A stretch of 64,000 nucleotides of DNA from an uncultured Acidobacteriota bacterium (GTDB lineage: Bacteria > Acidobacteriota > Vicinamibacteria > Vicinamibacterales > 2-12-FULL-66-21). Position 1 is the stretch's first letter. Each line of letters starts with the position of its first letter. A program made the position numbers and the translations under genes. The DNA lies in NCBI GenBank assembly GCA_963804245.1, contig CAWDPQ010000009.1, forward strand, positions 657,234 through 721,233, in the 5' to 3' direction. Below are positions 51,896-60,507 of this stretch, piece after piece. The notes beneath the pieces are model-generated. The model made no database searches. It saw only the letters and a program-made list of their open reading frames with translations, and was not told where the DNA came from.

Positions 51896-52666
51896 ATGAC
51901 GAACATCCGCGTCGACATCACCGAGTCGATTGCCACACTGACCATCGACCGCCCCGCGGTGAAGAATGCGCTCGATCGGGAGACCGTCGGCGAATGCCAT
52001 CGGGCGCTGGACACGCTCGAGCAGAGTCCGGACGTCGGCGTCCTCGTCATCACCGGCGCCGGCGAATCCTCGTTCGTCTCGGGTGCGGACATCAACGATT
52101 TGCGTGGCCGCACCGGGGCCGATGGTCTGGCTGCGATCAGCTCGTCGCTGTTCGCCCGTGTCGAGCGGTTTCACCGGCCGACGATTGCCGCGATCAACGG
52201 CTACGCGCTCGGCGGTGGCTGCGAGCTGGCGCTCGCCTGCGACATCCGCGTGGCCGCCGATTCGGCGAAGTTCGGTCAGCCCGAGCTCGGTCTCGGCATC
52301 ATCCCCGCCGCCGGTGCCACCCAACGATTGCCGCGCGTCGTCGGCCAGGGCTGGGCCAGGCACCTCATTCTCACCGGTGAGATCATCGACGCGAAGCAGG
52401 CGTTGGAGATTGGCCTGGTGACCGCGATCATGCCGGCATCGCAGCTTCAGGTCCGCGCGCGCGAGCTGGCGAAGCGCATTCTGAAGCAGGGGCCGCTTGC
52501 GGCCAGATTGGCCAAGATCGCGCTGAACGCGTCCGCTCGCGTCGACCTCGATTCGGGCTTGCTCATCGAAACACTGGCCCAGGCCATCTGTTACGAGTCG
52601 GAGGACAAACAGGAAGGGACGTCCGCGTTCCTCGAAAAGAGGAAGCCGAAATTTTCCGGACGCTGA
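51896..52666 (+). CDS. enoyl-CoA hydratase
   Basis: ATG 51896 (MTNIRVDITESIATLTIDRPAVKNAL) after GGAAGCGGAAAG. FVSGADI, GYALGGGCELALACDIR and C-terminal FLEKRKPKFSG. Confidence 0.9.
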   Translation: MTNIRVDITESIATLTIDRPAVKNALDRETVGECHRALDTLEQSPDVGVLVITGAGESSFVSGADINDLRGRTGADGLAAISSSLFARVERFHRPTIAAINGYALGGGCELALACDIRVAADSAKFGQPELGLGIIPAAGATQRLPRVVGQGWARHLILTGEIIDAKQALEIGLVTAIMPASQLQVRARELAKRILKQGPLAARLAKIALNASARVDLDSGLLIETLAQAICYESEDKQEGTSAFLEKRKPKFSGR

Positions 52667-52672
52667 AAACAG

Positions 52673-52714
52673 CGACCAGCCGCCAGCGTTCCAGCCACCA
52701 GCTTCCAGCTTTCC
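52673..52714. repeat. degenerate CCAGC-type tandem array
   Basis: CGACCAGCCGCCAGCGTTCCAGCCACCAGCTTCCAGCTTTCC, between convergent genes. Confidence 0.7.
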
Positions 52715-52730
52715 TTACGCTTCGGTGCCG

Positions 52731-53108
52731 CTACCGAACGATGATCCGACCCTGCAGGTTCTGGTTGTCCGGACTGTCGTGATCGTGAAACCCGCACGTC
52801 CGCACGGCGACGAGATTCCCCGTTTCGCGGGTCTGGCCGGTCGTCAGGGCTCCCACCTGGTTGATTTCCGGACAATCACTGTGGTCCGGATGTGGATCGG
52901 AGGTGACGTCGTGCCGGCGGCCGTCGCTGTTGGTGAACAACACGCGCGCGCCTTGGCCCACCGTCAGCTCCTTGGGGCTGACGACACCTGTCGATGAAAT
53001 CGTGATGCGCGGCGCCGGCGGCGGAGGATCCGGACCCGGACCCGAGGGCGGCGCCGACCCACCGCACGAGCCGAGGGCGAAGCACAAGATCACGATACCC
53101 GGTCGCAT
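52731..53108 (-). CDS. cupredoxin-like lipoprotein with 5-His/2-Cys motif, paralogue 1
   Basis: Lipobox ALGSC followed by a Gly/Pro-rich linker. Core LFTNSDGRRHDVTSDPHPDHSDCPEIN..GQTR..CGFHDH..QGRIIV. 125 aa. Confidence 0.8.
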   Translation of the reverse strand: MRPGIVILCFALGSCGGSAPPSGPGPDPPPPAPRITISSTGVVSPKELTVGQGARVLFTNSDGRRHDVTSDPHPDHSDCPEINQVGALTTGQTRETGNLVAVRTCGFHDHDSPDNQNLQGRIIVR

Positions 53109-53158
53109 GCCGTTTCAAAGTGGCAGAAAATCGTGCCCCGCGCAACCGCCGGGTTGAC

Positions 53159-53590
53159 TTACTGAATGGTAATCCGTCCTTTGAGCGAGCCGTTCGTGTC
53201 GTCGTTGTGGTCGTGGTAGGTACACGTTCCGGCATTGCCGAATCCGTTGCTGTCGCGGGTCTGGCCGGCTGCGATGCTGCCGCGGTTGAGGGACGGGCAG
53301 GCGGTGTGCGCGGGATGCGGATCCGACGACATGTCGTGGGCTCGAGAATCGTTGTTCACGAAGAGGATGCTCTGGCCCACCGAAACGGTGACCTGCGACG
53401 GATTGACGCCGCTGCCCGTGATCGTGATGGTCGCCCCGATCGCTCCGACCGATCCGGTCGAACTGACCGTCGGTCCCGACGGTGCGTTTGGCCCACCGGA
53501 ACCGTCATCACCGCCGCCGCACGCCATGACGGTCGCGAGCGCTGCCGCGATTGCCATCTGCCCCATCCACATCTGCCATCGTTTGTTCAC
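53159..53590 (-). CDS. cupredoxin-like lipoprotein with 5-His/2-Cys motif, paralogue 2
   Basis: Start set at GTG 53590 (VNKRWQMWMGQMAIAAALATVMAC, lipobox VMAC; ATG alternatives at 53572 and 53566). Core LFVNNDSRAHDMSSDPHPAHTACPSLN..GQTR..CTYHDH..KGRITI. Confidence 0.78.
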   Translation of the reverse strand: MNKRWQMWMGQMAIAAALATVMACGGGDDGSGGPNAPSGPTVSSTGSVGAIGATITITGSGVNPSQVTVSVGQSILFVNNDSRAHDMSSDPHPAHTACPSLNRGSIAAGQTRDSNGFGNAGTCTYHDHNDDTNGSLKGRITIQ

Positions 53591-53606
53591 GACTACCCCC
53601 GAAGGA

Positions 53607-54467
53607 TTAGAAGAACTTGCGTGAAATGTTGAAACCAATGAACAGGTCGTCATTGGTGACGCCGCCCACGGCCAGTTGACTCATCGTGGTCCCGAACCCG
53701 TTTCCGAAATTGAGCTGGAAGCTGTGACCTCCGGCCCGTCGCTCGATGCCGAAGCTGTATTGGTCGACACCCGGCTCGTAGCCGAAGCGCGGAACGATCT
53801 CTCCCACCAGATAGAGGGACGGGCGGACTCGCAGTCGTCCGCCCAACCCGAGGAGAAACGTGTAGTCTTCATCGAGACTGCTGGCGACCGAATTGGTGTC
53901 GTGTATCCAGATAGGATGCGCGTAGAACGCCCCGTGCCGTCCCAGCGTGCGTGAGACGACCGCGCCGATTCCGGGCATGTAGCGGTCGCGAAAGTTGTTG
54001 GTGCCCTCTATGGTGGCGATGACGTCGACCCCTAGAGGAAAGTTCTGGCCTTGATGCAGAACCTGCTGCTGGCCGAACAGCTGGATCGTTCGATCGCTGG
54101 TGCGGTGAATCCCGATCTGCGTGCCGGCCATGATGCCGAAGCGATATTCGAGCCCGATTTGCGCGCCGGAGTCGAACCCGAAGAAATCGGAGACGAGATC
54201 CTTGAAGGAGCCTTCACCAAGCCTGCGCGTAAAGCGGTGCGTGACCCTGAACGAGCTGCCGAAGCGTGGAATCCTCAGCGTCGTCGGCAGCGTCACGATC
54301 GTGAAGTCCGGCTGCGCCGGGTTCACCGCGCGATCGCTCGGCACTTGAGGCGGCGGCGCCGGGTCCTGTCCCGCGGCCAGCGGGGCGGACGACAACCACG
54401 CGACTAATAGAAACGGACAGATCGCCCGCGGAGAAATCGTCGTTCGGCGCAACCCAAACTCCTTCAT
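53607..54467 (-). CDS. outer-membrane beta-barrel protein (family not firmly recognised)
   Basis: Signal peptide, alternating beta-strand pattern, GGHSFQLNFGNGFG motif and C-terminal ..FIGFNISRKFF (aromatic terminus typical of OMPs). 286 aa. Confidence 0.75.
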   Translation of the reverse strand: MKEFGLRRTTISPRAICPFLLVAWLSSAPLAAGQDPAPPPQVPSDRAVNPAQPDFTIVTLPTTLRIPRFGSSFRVTHRFTRRLGEGSFKDLVSDFFGFDSGAQIGLEYRFGIMAGTQIGIHRTSDRTIQLFGQQQVLHQGQNFPLGVDVIATIEGTNNFRDRYMPGIGAVVSRTLGRHGAFYAHPIWIHDTNSVASSLDEDYTFLLGLGGRLRVRPSLYLVGEIVPRFGYEPGVDQYSFGIERRAGGHSFQLNFGNGFGTTMSQLAVGGVTNDDLFIGFNISRKFF

Positions 54468-54472
54468 CCGGC

Positions 54473-54928
54473 CTAGGGCTTGATGTAAACAGGTCCCGGC
54501 GGCCCTTCGGCGCCAGCGACACGAATAGTTCCACCAAGGCCCGAGCTATCCGGATTCATGTGATCGTGAAAGCCACACGCTTTCGCGGTGTCGAACGTGC
54601 CGGTCATCCGGCTCTCGCCGGGCTGCAGGACCCCGACGTTGTTGATGGCCGGGCAGTCGGTGTGCAACAGGTGCGGGTTCGACTGTGGCTGATGCGCACG
54701 CGAATCCTGGTTCGTGAAGCGGACCTGACCCTGGACATCCACGCGCAGCTCTTTCGGATCGACAGAGCCATCCGCGCGGATAGTAATCACCGGGATGGTG
54801 GGTGTTCCACCGCCTCCTGGCGACGGTGTTGTCGGCGTACCACCACCGCCACCCCCTCCTCCGCCGCAACTCACTGTTGTGGCGACGCCAACGAGCAGGC
54901 ACCATCGATACACGACGTTGACTTGCAC
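54473..54928 (-). CDS. cupredoxin-like lipoprotein with 5-His/2-Cys motif, paralogue 3
   Basis: Start set at GTG 54928, 5 nt after AGGGAGG (alternative ATG 54943). The ORF-track TTG at 54973 is part of the sigma-54 -12 element. Lipobox TVSC and a poly-Gly linker. Core RFTNQDSRAHQPQSNPHLLHTDCPAIN..GESR..CGFHDH..GGTIRV. Confidence 0.78.
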   Translation of the reverse strand: MQVNVVYRWCLLVGVATTVSCGGGGGGGGGTPTTPSPGGGGTPTIPVITIRADGSVDPKELRVDVQGQVRFTNQDSRAHQPQSNPHLLHTDCPAINNVGVLQPGESRMTGTFDTAKACGFHDHMNPDSSGLGGTIRVAGAEGPPGPVYIKP

Positions 54929-54969
54929 CTTGCCCTCCCTCATGTCGAGCGTGTTCGCGAGGGAGTAAG

Positions 54970-54983
54970 GCAAAGCCGGTGCC
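54970..54983 (-). promoter_or_regulatory. sigma-54 (-24/-12) promoter
   Basis: Minus strand reads GGCAC-CGGCT-TTGC, i.e. GG-N10-GC with consensus-like flanks (consensus TGGCAC-N5-TTGCW). It lies ~40 nt upstream of the lipoprotein start and ~95 nt downstream of the NtrC-type regulator gene. Confidence 0.6.
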
Positions 54984-55075
54984 GAGCGCTTGGGCGCTAA
55001 AGTCTTGGAACAGCGAGGCTTAGTCGTCGCAGTCGTTACTCGGGACGAAATCGGTTACCGCGCACGTAAGCCGGT

Positions 55076-56437
55076 TCACTCCACCCGGTGCTTGGCCAGG
55101 TAGTAGCTCAGCGCGCGCTGGCTGATCCCCATGGCTTCGGCGGCGTCCTTTTTGACGCCGCCGGCAGCCTCCAGCGCGCGGCGGACCGTCTCACGCTCGG
55201 TCCAATCGAGATTCTGTCGAAGGTTCTGAGACGGCAACCCCGAGGCAACCGGTGCGTTGACGCCGAACATGGTGACGACATCGGGTCCGATCGTCGGGCT
55301 TACTGAGAGCACCACCGCCCGTTCGAGCGTGTTCTCCAATTCGCGGACGTTTCCGGGCCACTCAGCGCGCTGAAGAGATTCCATGACCCCTGGTGCGATG
55401 CCGTCGACGCGCTTGCCGGCCCGTCTGGCGTGCTTCGCAATGAAATGTTCAACGAGCAACGGGATGTCATCTCGGCGTTCGCGCAACGGCGGAATGTGAA
55501 TCGGTATGACGTTCAGTCGGTAATAGAGGTCTTCCTGGAAGCGGCCGTCCGACACCATCTGTCGCAGATCGCGATTGCTGGCGGCGATCACCCTGACATC
55601 GACTTTGCGCGTGCGCTCCGACCCGAGCGGCTCGAACTCACGCTCCTGCACCACGCGCAACAGCTTGGCCTGCAGCGCCGGGCTCATGGTCGCGATCTCG
55701 TCGAGGAAAATCGTGCCGCCGTCGGCAAGTGCGAACTTGCCTTTCTTGTTGGCGGTTGCGCCCGTGAACGCACCGCGCAGATGACCGAACAGCTCTGATT
55801 CGAGCAGCGTTTCGGGAATCGCCGCGCAGTTGACTTTGATCAGCGGCATCTCACGCTGCGCGCTGTGATAGTGAATGGCCCGGGCCACCATTTCTTTGCC
55901 GGTCCCGGTCTCGCCGGTGATGAGGACGGTGCTCTTCGTGCCGGCAACGATTTCCGCCGTGCGGACGACCTCCTGCATGCGCCGGCTCCGACCCACCAAC
56001 CCATACTGGTTGAAGTCGGCGTCCCGCTCGCTGATCAGGTATCCGTGTTCGGTGCGGAGCCGCTGATGATCCAGGGCCCGTTTGACGACGACGAGGAGCT
56101 CGTCGATTTCGAACGGTTTCTGCAGATAGTCGAAGGCGCCAAGCTTCATCGCCTCGATCGCGCTTTCGACCGTCGCGTGGGCGGTCATCATGACGACCTG
56201 CGGGCGATCGGTCGCCGGAGTGGCGGCGAGCTCGCGGATGAGATCGAGCCCGGTGAGGTCGGGCATCAGGTTGTCGACAACCAGCACGTCGAAGAAGCGC
56301 TGACCGAGCAAGCGTCGCGCCTCGTGAGGATCGGCGGTCGTGACCACCTCGTGGCCGTCGCCGCGCAGTGCGGATCCCAGCGCGTTGAGAATCTTGGTCT
56401 CGTCGTCGACGAGCAGGATTGCGCCGGCCGCCATCAT
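55076..56437 (-). CDS. sigma-54-dependent response regulator (NtrC family)
   Basis: REC domain (LLVDDE..D..MPDLTG), AAA+ domain with GETGTGKE, GAFTGA and ESELFGH, and a C-terminal Fis-type HTH. It overlaps the kinase gene by 4 nt. Confidence 0.95.
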   Translation of the reverse strand: MMAAGAILLVDDETKILNALGSALRGDGHEVVTTADPHEARRLLGQRFFDVLVVDNLMPDLTGLDLIRELAATPATDRPQVVMMTAHATVESAIEAMKLGAFDYLQKPFEIDELLVVVKRALDHQRLRTEHGYLISERDADFNQYGLVGRSRRMQEVVRTAEIVAGTKSTVLITGETGTGKEMVARAIHYHSAQREMPLIKVNCAAIPETLLESELFGHLRGAFTGATANKKGKFALADGGTIFLDEIATMSPALQAKLLRVVQEREFEPLGSERTRKVDVRVIAASNRDLRQMVSDGRFQEDLYYRLNVIPIHIPPLRERRDDIPLLVEHFIAKHARRAGKRVDGIAPGVMESLQRAEWPGNVRELENTLERAVVLSVSPTIGPDVVTMFGVNAPVASGLPSQNLRQNLDWTERETVRRALEAAGGVKKDAAEAMGISQRALSYYLAKHRVE

Positions 56438-58221
56438 CTGCGGACTGCGGCCGGGGTCTGAGGTTGCTCGAACACCTGAGCAATCGGTAACTCGATACGA
56501 ACCTCGGTGCCCGACGCGGGCCGGCTCTGGATTGAGATGGTGCCTCCCATACCCTCGATGATATTCCGGGATATCGCCAGACCGAGCCCCGTCCCGGTTC
56601 GCCGTGTCGTGAAGAAGGGATCGAACACGCGCCCGAGGTCTTCGGGGACGATTCCGGCGCCGCGATCGCGGACTTCGATCGCAATCCTCCCGTTCTTGGA
56701 TCGGGTCGTCCGCAACACGATGGCGTCGGGCAGCGCCGCCGCGCCCGATTGCGCCGTCACCGCCATCTTCGCGTTCGTCAGCACGTTGACCAGCGTCAGC
56801 CGCAAACGTTCCGCGTCCATGGTCGTGTGCGGCAGCGCCGGATCGAGGACGAGCTGGACCGTGGGTCCGCCAGGACCGGGGCGCACGGCCCGGACGGCAT
56901 CCTCACAGACCGCGTTGACGTCGGCTGGCGCCATGTCGAACTTGATCGGCCGCGCGAAGTCCAAGACCTCCGACACGATTCGGTTCAAGCGCGCGGTTTC
57001 CTCATCGATATCGGTGACGGCGGCGCGCAGATCTTCGGGCGGGATCGAACCACGGCGCAGCGTCCGCAATGCCGCCTTGATGATCATCAGCGGATTCCGG
57101 ATCTCGTGGGCGACGACGGTCGACAGGCGCCCGAGCGACGAGAGGCGCTCGCGCTGCGCCGCCTCTTTTTGAAAACGGCCGATCGAGTCGGTCATCGTAT
57201 TGAAGGTCGTCGCCAGCAGGCGGGCATCCTCATCTTCCCAGCGACCGCCGGCTCGCACCGGGATCTTTCGCGTGAGGTCGCCTGTCGAGGCCATCTCACG
57301 CATCGTCGCGGTGATCGTGCCCAGCGGACGGGTGATGGTGCGCGCGATGGCGTAACTCAACAGGGTCGCGGCCAGTACGGCGACACCCGCGGTCACGAAC
57401 AGGCTCGTGTGCAGCGCCCGCAGAAAGCGCAAGCGCTCGGTACGTGAGCGCAGAACGATGGCCATCGCTGCGCCGCTGCGATCACGTGAGAGCGTGCGAG
57501 TCATCGCCACGTACTCATCGCCGCCGATCTGCACGGTTTCTGCGGGACCCTGTCGAGCGAGAAGGGGTGTGAGCGTCGGCCATGAATCCGGCGGCAAGGT
57601 GGAGGCCTGAATCGCGTTGTTGACGGCGAAGGCGATGTCGCTGTTCGTCAGCGATCGAAACCGCGCCGCTACGCGATCGTCGAGACTGAAGCCAATGCTC
57701 AGCGTGCCGAGGATCTCGGGTTGCTGCGGGTTGATCCAGATTGGCACCGTGACCACCTGGAGGACGCCACCAGGGTGCGGCCAGAACCAGTTCGCCTCGC
57801 GTCCGGAGCGCGCCTCGAGCACACCAGGCAGCCCTTCGTAGGCGCCAGCCGCGGCGCCGGGGCTGGCCAGCCTGGCGAGAAAACGGCCGGCGCGGTCGGT
57901 CACGAGAAACAGGTCGGCCGCCACTGCGTTCTGATATTCCTTGGCGACGCCGAGCGCGGTTGGCGAATCGCCTTCGGAGACGCTCGCTTTGAGACGGGGG
58001 AGATCGGCGATGAGCCGCGCTTCACGGCTGAAATGCTCGACCTGCACCCGCCGGTTCTCTTCGATCAGCGTGCCCGCCTCCTCCAGGCCGCGGAGCAGTT
58101 CCTGCTCGGCCTGGGCGGTGACCGAGACGTTCACGTTGTAGATGGCCGCTCCGATGGTGAGCACGGCCAGCAGCGCGCTGCCGAGGAAAATCCGGTTCGT
58201 CAGCGAGGCGAAGATGCTCAT
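56434..58221 (-). CDS. sensor histidine kinase with large periplasmic domain
   Basis: Two TM segments flank a ~260-aa extracytoplasmic region. H-box VAHEIRNPL, N box LVNVLTNA, G boxes DRGAGI and GTGLGLAI. 4-nt overlaps with both neighbours. Confidence 0.92.
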   Translation of the reverse strand: MSIFASLTNRIFLGSALLAVLTIGAAIYNVNVSVTAQAEQELLRGLEEAGTLIEENRRVQVEHFSREARLIADLPRLKASVSEGDSPTALGVAKEYQNAVAADLFLVTDRAGRFLARLASPGAAAGAYEGLPGVLEARSGREANWFWPHPGGVLQVVTVPIWINPQQPEILGTLSIGFSLDDRVAARFRSLTNSDIAFAVNNAIQASTLPPDSWPTLTPLLARQGPAETVQIGGDEYVAMTRTLSRDRSGAAMAIVLRSRTERLRFLRALHTSLFVTAGVAVLAATLLSYAIARTITRPLGTITATMREMASTGDLTRKIPVRAGGRWEDEDARLLATTFNTMTDSIGRFQKEAAQRERLSSLGRLSTVVAHEIRNPLMIIKAALRTLRRGSIPPEDLRAAVTDIDEETARLNRIVSEVLDFARPIKFDMAPADVNAVCEDAVRAVRPGPGGPTVQLVLDPALPHTTMDAERLRLTLVNVLTNAKMAVTAQSGAAALPDAIVLRTTRSKNGRIAIEVRDRGAGIVPEDLGRVFDPFFTTRRTGTGLGLAISRNIIEGMGGTISIQSRPASGTEVRIELPIAQVFEQPQTPAAVRR

Positions 58222-58883
58222 CGGCGGCTGATCGAGAAGTTCAGCTCCACGTCGCCGCCCGACTCCGGGACCGTCACGCGGCGCGATTCGAGCGGCAGCG
58301 CTTCGTTCCAGACGAACACGCTGTAGGTTCCCGGCGGTACGTTGTCGAGACGGAAGCTGCCATCCGGTTCCGTCACGGCAAAATATCTGTGCGCGAAGAC
58401 CAGGATGAATGCGCTCATATGCGAATGGATCTCGCAGAACACACGGATGATCCCCGGCCGTTCGAATCGCACCGATTTCGATTTGCCGACCGCGTACCGA
58501 CCGAGGTCGAACGACTTCGCTCGCGACAGCGAAAACACGTTGTGATAGGTCAGATCGCTGTTCGGAAAATCCACGGTCGTGCCCGCAACGATGGCGAGTA
58601 CGTGCGGCATGAACGTTTCGTTGCGTTGATCGATGCGTGCTCGGGGCTCGTCACGTTCATCGAACGCGCCGCGTGGTGCCGGATCCAGGTAGACAACGCT
58701 GCGGCGATCGACGGGACCAATCGGCGTCGGCATGCCGAGGTCGGCAGGATTCGGCCGGCGATCGCGGTCGGCAGTTCCTTGACGCACATCGACGCGGCCG
58801 CGCAACGTTCCGGTGACCGGCGGCGTGGCGCCGAGGTAGAAGAGGACGAGAGCTGCGAGTAAGGAGGACGTCGCGGGCAGCAT
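58218..58883 (-). CDS. membrane-anchored cupredoxin (type-1-copper-like ligands) with C-terminal CarboxypepD_reg-like domain
   Basis: FPNSDLTYHNVFS ... PGIIRVFCEIHSHMSAFILV gives a His...Cys-x2-His-x2-Met pattern. The C-terminus FRLDNVPPGTYSVFVWN is typical of carboxypeptidase-regulatory-like beta-sandwiches. Confidence 0.82.
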   Translation of the reverse strand: MLPATSSLLAALVLFYLGATPPVTGTLRGRVDVRQGTADRDRRPNPADLGMPTPIGPVDRRSVVYLDPAPRGAFDERDEPRARIDQRNETFMPHVLAIVAGTTVDFPNSDLTYHNVFSLSRAKSFDLGRYAVGKSKSVRFERPGIIRVFCEIHSHMSAFILVFAHRYFAVTEPDGSFRLDNVPPGTYSVFVWNEALPLESRRVTVPESGGDVELNFSISRR

Positions 58884-60128
58884 CTAGAACCAGTAAGCCA
58901 GCTGACCGGACACGTATGTGCGCGAGCGAACCCGTCCGCCGTCCCGCCAGTTGCGCTGAACGACCGCACGCCCGACGAGATTGCGCAGCAGGTACCATCC
59001 CAAGCCGGTTTCCACTCGATCCACTGGTGCGTCCCAGGTTATGGGGACCCCGCCGAAGACCGTCCCGGCGATGCGCGAGAAGGTGAGCCGATCGCCGCGT
59101 GCCGCCACGAAGAACCGCGGGCTCAGTCGATATCGTCCCTCGATCCACATTCCGCAGGCATCGAGGCGGTGCGTTTCGCCGACCGCCATGAACGGCATCT
59201 GCCAGCCACTCCAGACCACCTCGCCGCGAACGAGCCAATGCGCGCGGGAATATTCGGCATCAACGCCCAACGCTCGCTGAGAATACGACCGCGATTGCGC
59301 CGTCGTCGGCAGCAGGGCAGTGACGTCGTCGGAGAGCCACTCTCCCCGAGCGGCCGAGGCACCGATGAGGAGGCCGATCATTGGCTTCGCCGCGACTCGC
59401 CCGGAGATCTGCCGGCCGCCGTTGTTGTCGGCGAACCGCGGATCCGACAGGGTACCGGCGGTTACCGCCGCCGTGGCTTCGACGTAGGCTCCGCTCCACC
59501 GTCCCTGCACGCCGGTATCCCAGCGGAATGCGCTGACGAGTGGAAGTCCCGTCGCCACTGACGTCGACCCGACGGGGAAGCTCGGCTGCCACCCGCGTCC
59601 GCGCATGCGCAGGAGGTCGTCAACCGTGTTGGGAATGGCGTCGGCACGAAGCGACGTCAGATACTGATAGGCGAGCGGGTACCCGATCAGCGGATTGTCG
59701 GCGTTGTAAGCGCGACGGCCGTAAGCGCCGAATGACGGCGGGATGCGTCCCGCCTGAATGTCGAACGCGTGGGATTGCCAGGGCCGGAACCGCACGTAGG
59801 CGGCGTGGGTATCGACCCGGCTCAAATCTTCCGACCGTATCTCCGCAATCAGGGCGACCCGGGCCATTGGGCGCCACTGACCGGCGATCGCCAGCCGCAT
59901 CAGGCGCAGGGCGTTGTGCTCGTAGTCGGTGTAATTGAAGAAGGCCGTGTCATCGGTCGGTCCGAGCGTGCCGACGATTTCCCCGCCGATGAGCAGTGTT
60001 CCGTCCGATGAGCGCAGGGGTGGCCACCCGATGCCCGGCGCATCCAGATTGGGGGCCACGGTCTGGGCCGTTGCCGCGCCCGCCGAAACAGTCAGCACGA
60101 GCGAAAGCGCCGCAGCAGCCATGCGCAT
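58884..60128 (-). CDS. porin-like outer-membrane protein
   Basis: Start moved to ATG 60128 (MRMAAAALSLVLTVSAGAATAQ signal peptide). It ends ..YVSGQLAYWF. The upstream 200 codons of the ORF-track entry run antisense through 60156..60503. Confidence 0.75.
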   Translation of the reverse strand: MRMAAAALSLVLTVSAGAATAQTVAPNLDAPGIGWPPLRSSDGTLLIGGEIVGTLGPTDDTAFFNYTDYEHNALRLMRLAIAGQWRPMARVALIAEIRSEDLSRVDTHAAYVRFRPWQSHAFDIQAGRIPPSFGAYGRRAYNADNPLIGYPLAYQYLTSLRADAIPNTVDDLLRMRGRGWQPSFPVGSTSVATGLPLVSAFRWDTGVQGRWSGAYVEATAAVTAGTLSDPRFADNNGGRQISGRVAAKPMIGLLIGASAARGEWLSDDVTALLPTTAQSRSYSQRALGVDAEYSRAHWLVRGEVVWSGWQMPFMAVGETHRLDACGMWIEGRYRLSPRFFVAARGDRLTFSRIAGTVFGGVPITWDAPVDRVETGLGWYLLRNLVGRAVVQRNWRDGGRVRSRTYVSGQLAYWF

Positions 60129-60142
60129 GGGGAAACGCCAAT

Positions 60143-60148
60143 TATAAT
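60143..60148 (+). promoter_or_regulatory. -10 box (TATAAT) 7 nt upstream of ATG 60156; candidate leaderless start
   Basis: TATAAT-cgtcggt-ATG in a 27-nt divergent intergenic spacer. Confidence 0.45.
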
Positions 60149-60155
60149 CGTCGGT

Positions 60156-60503
60156 ATGAGTGCCGAGGCCCGGCCGATTTTCTCGCTGCAGCAGGCGCGC
60201 GACCTTCTCCCCCATATCAAGCACATGACGGCGGATGCGGTCCGTCGAGCTGAGTCGCTTGCTGCGCAGCTGCATGGCCTGCAGGAGGAAGATCCGGATC
60301 ACGCAAACCTCTCGGCGGCGCTCCGCGATGTTGTGAACGGCTGGGCGGCAGAAGTCCAGGCCCTCGGCCTCGAGGCCAAGGGCCTTTGGCTCGTCGACTT
60401 CGATAACGGCGAAGGCTACTACTGCTGGTGCTACCCGGAAGAAACCGTCGCCCACTACCACGGCTACGAAGAGGGCTTCAAAGGCCGCCTCCGAATCCAG
60501 TAG
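60156..60503 (+). CDS. DUF2203-like small protein
   Basis: ..GLWLVDFDNGEGYYCWCYPEETVAHYH.. resembles the conserved core of DUF2203 proteins. This is from memory. 115 aa. Confidence 0.7.
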   Translation: MSAEARPIFSLQQARDLLPHIKHMTADAVRRAESLAAQLHGLQEEDPDHANLSAALRDVVNGWAAEVQALGLEAKGLWLVDFDNGEGYYCWCYPEETVAHYHGYEEGFKGRLRIQ

Positions 60504-60507
60504 CGCA

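Noticed and set aside
53122-53137. Second sigma-54 promoter upstream of lipoprotein P1 (GGCACGATTTTCTGC).
   Set aside because: The GG to GC spacing is 11 nt rather than 10, and the -12 region is TCTGC rather than TTGC. I kept it only as a weak note inside the promoter finding.
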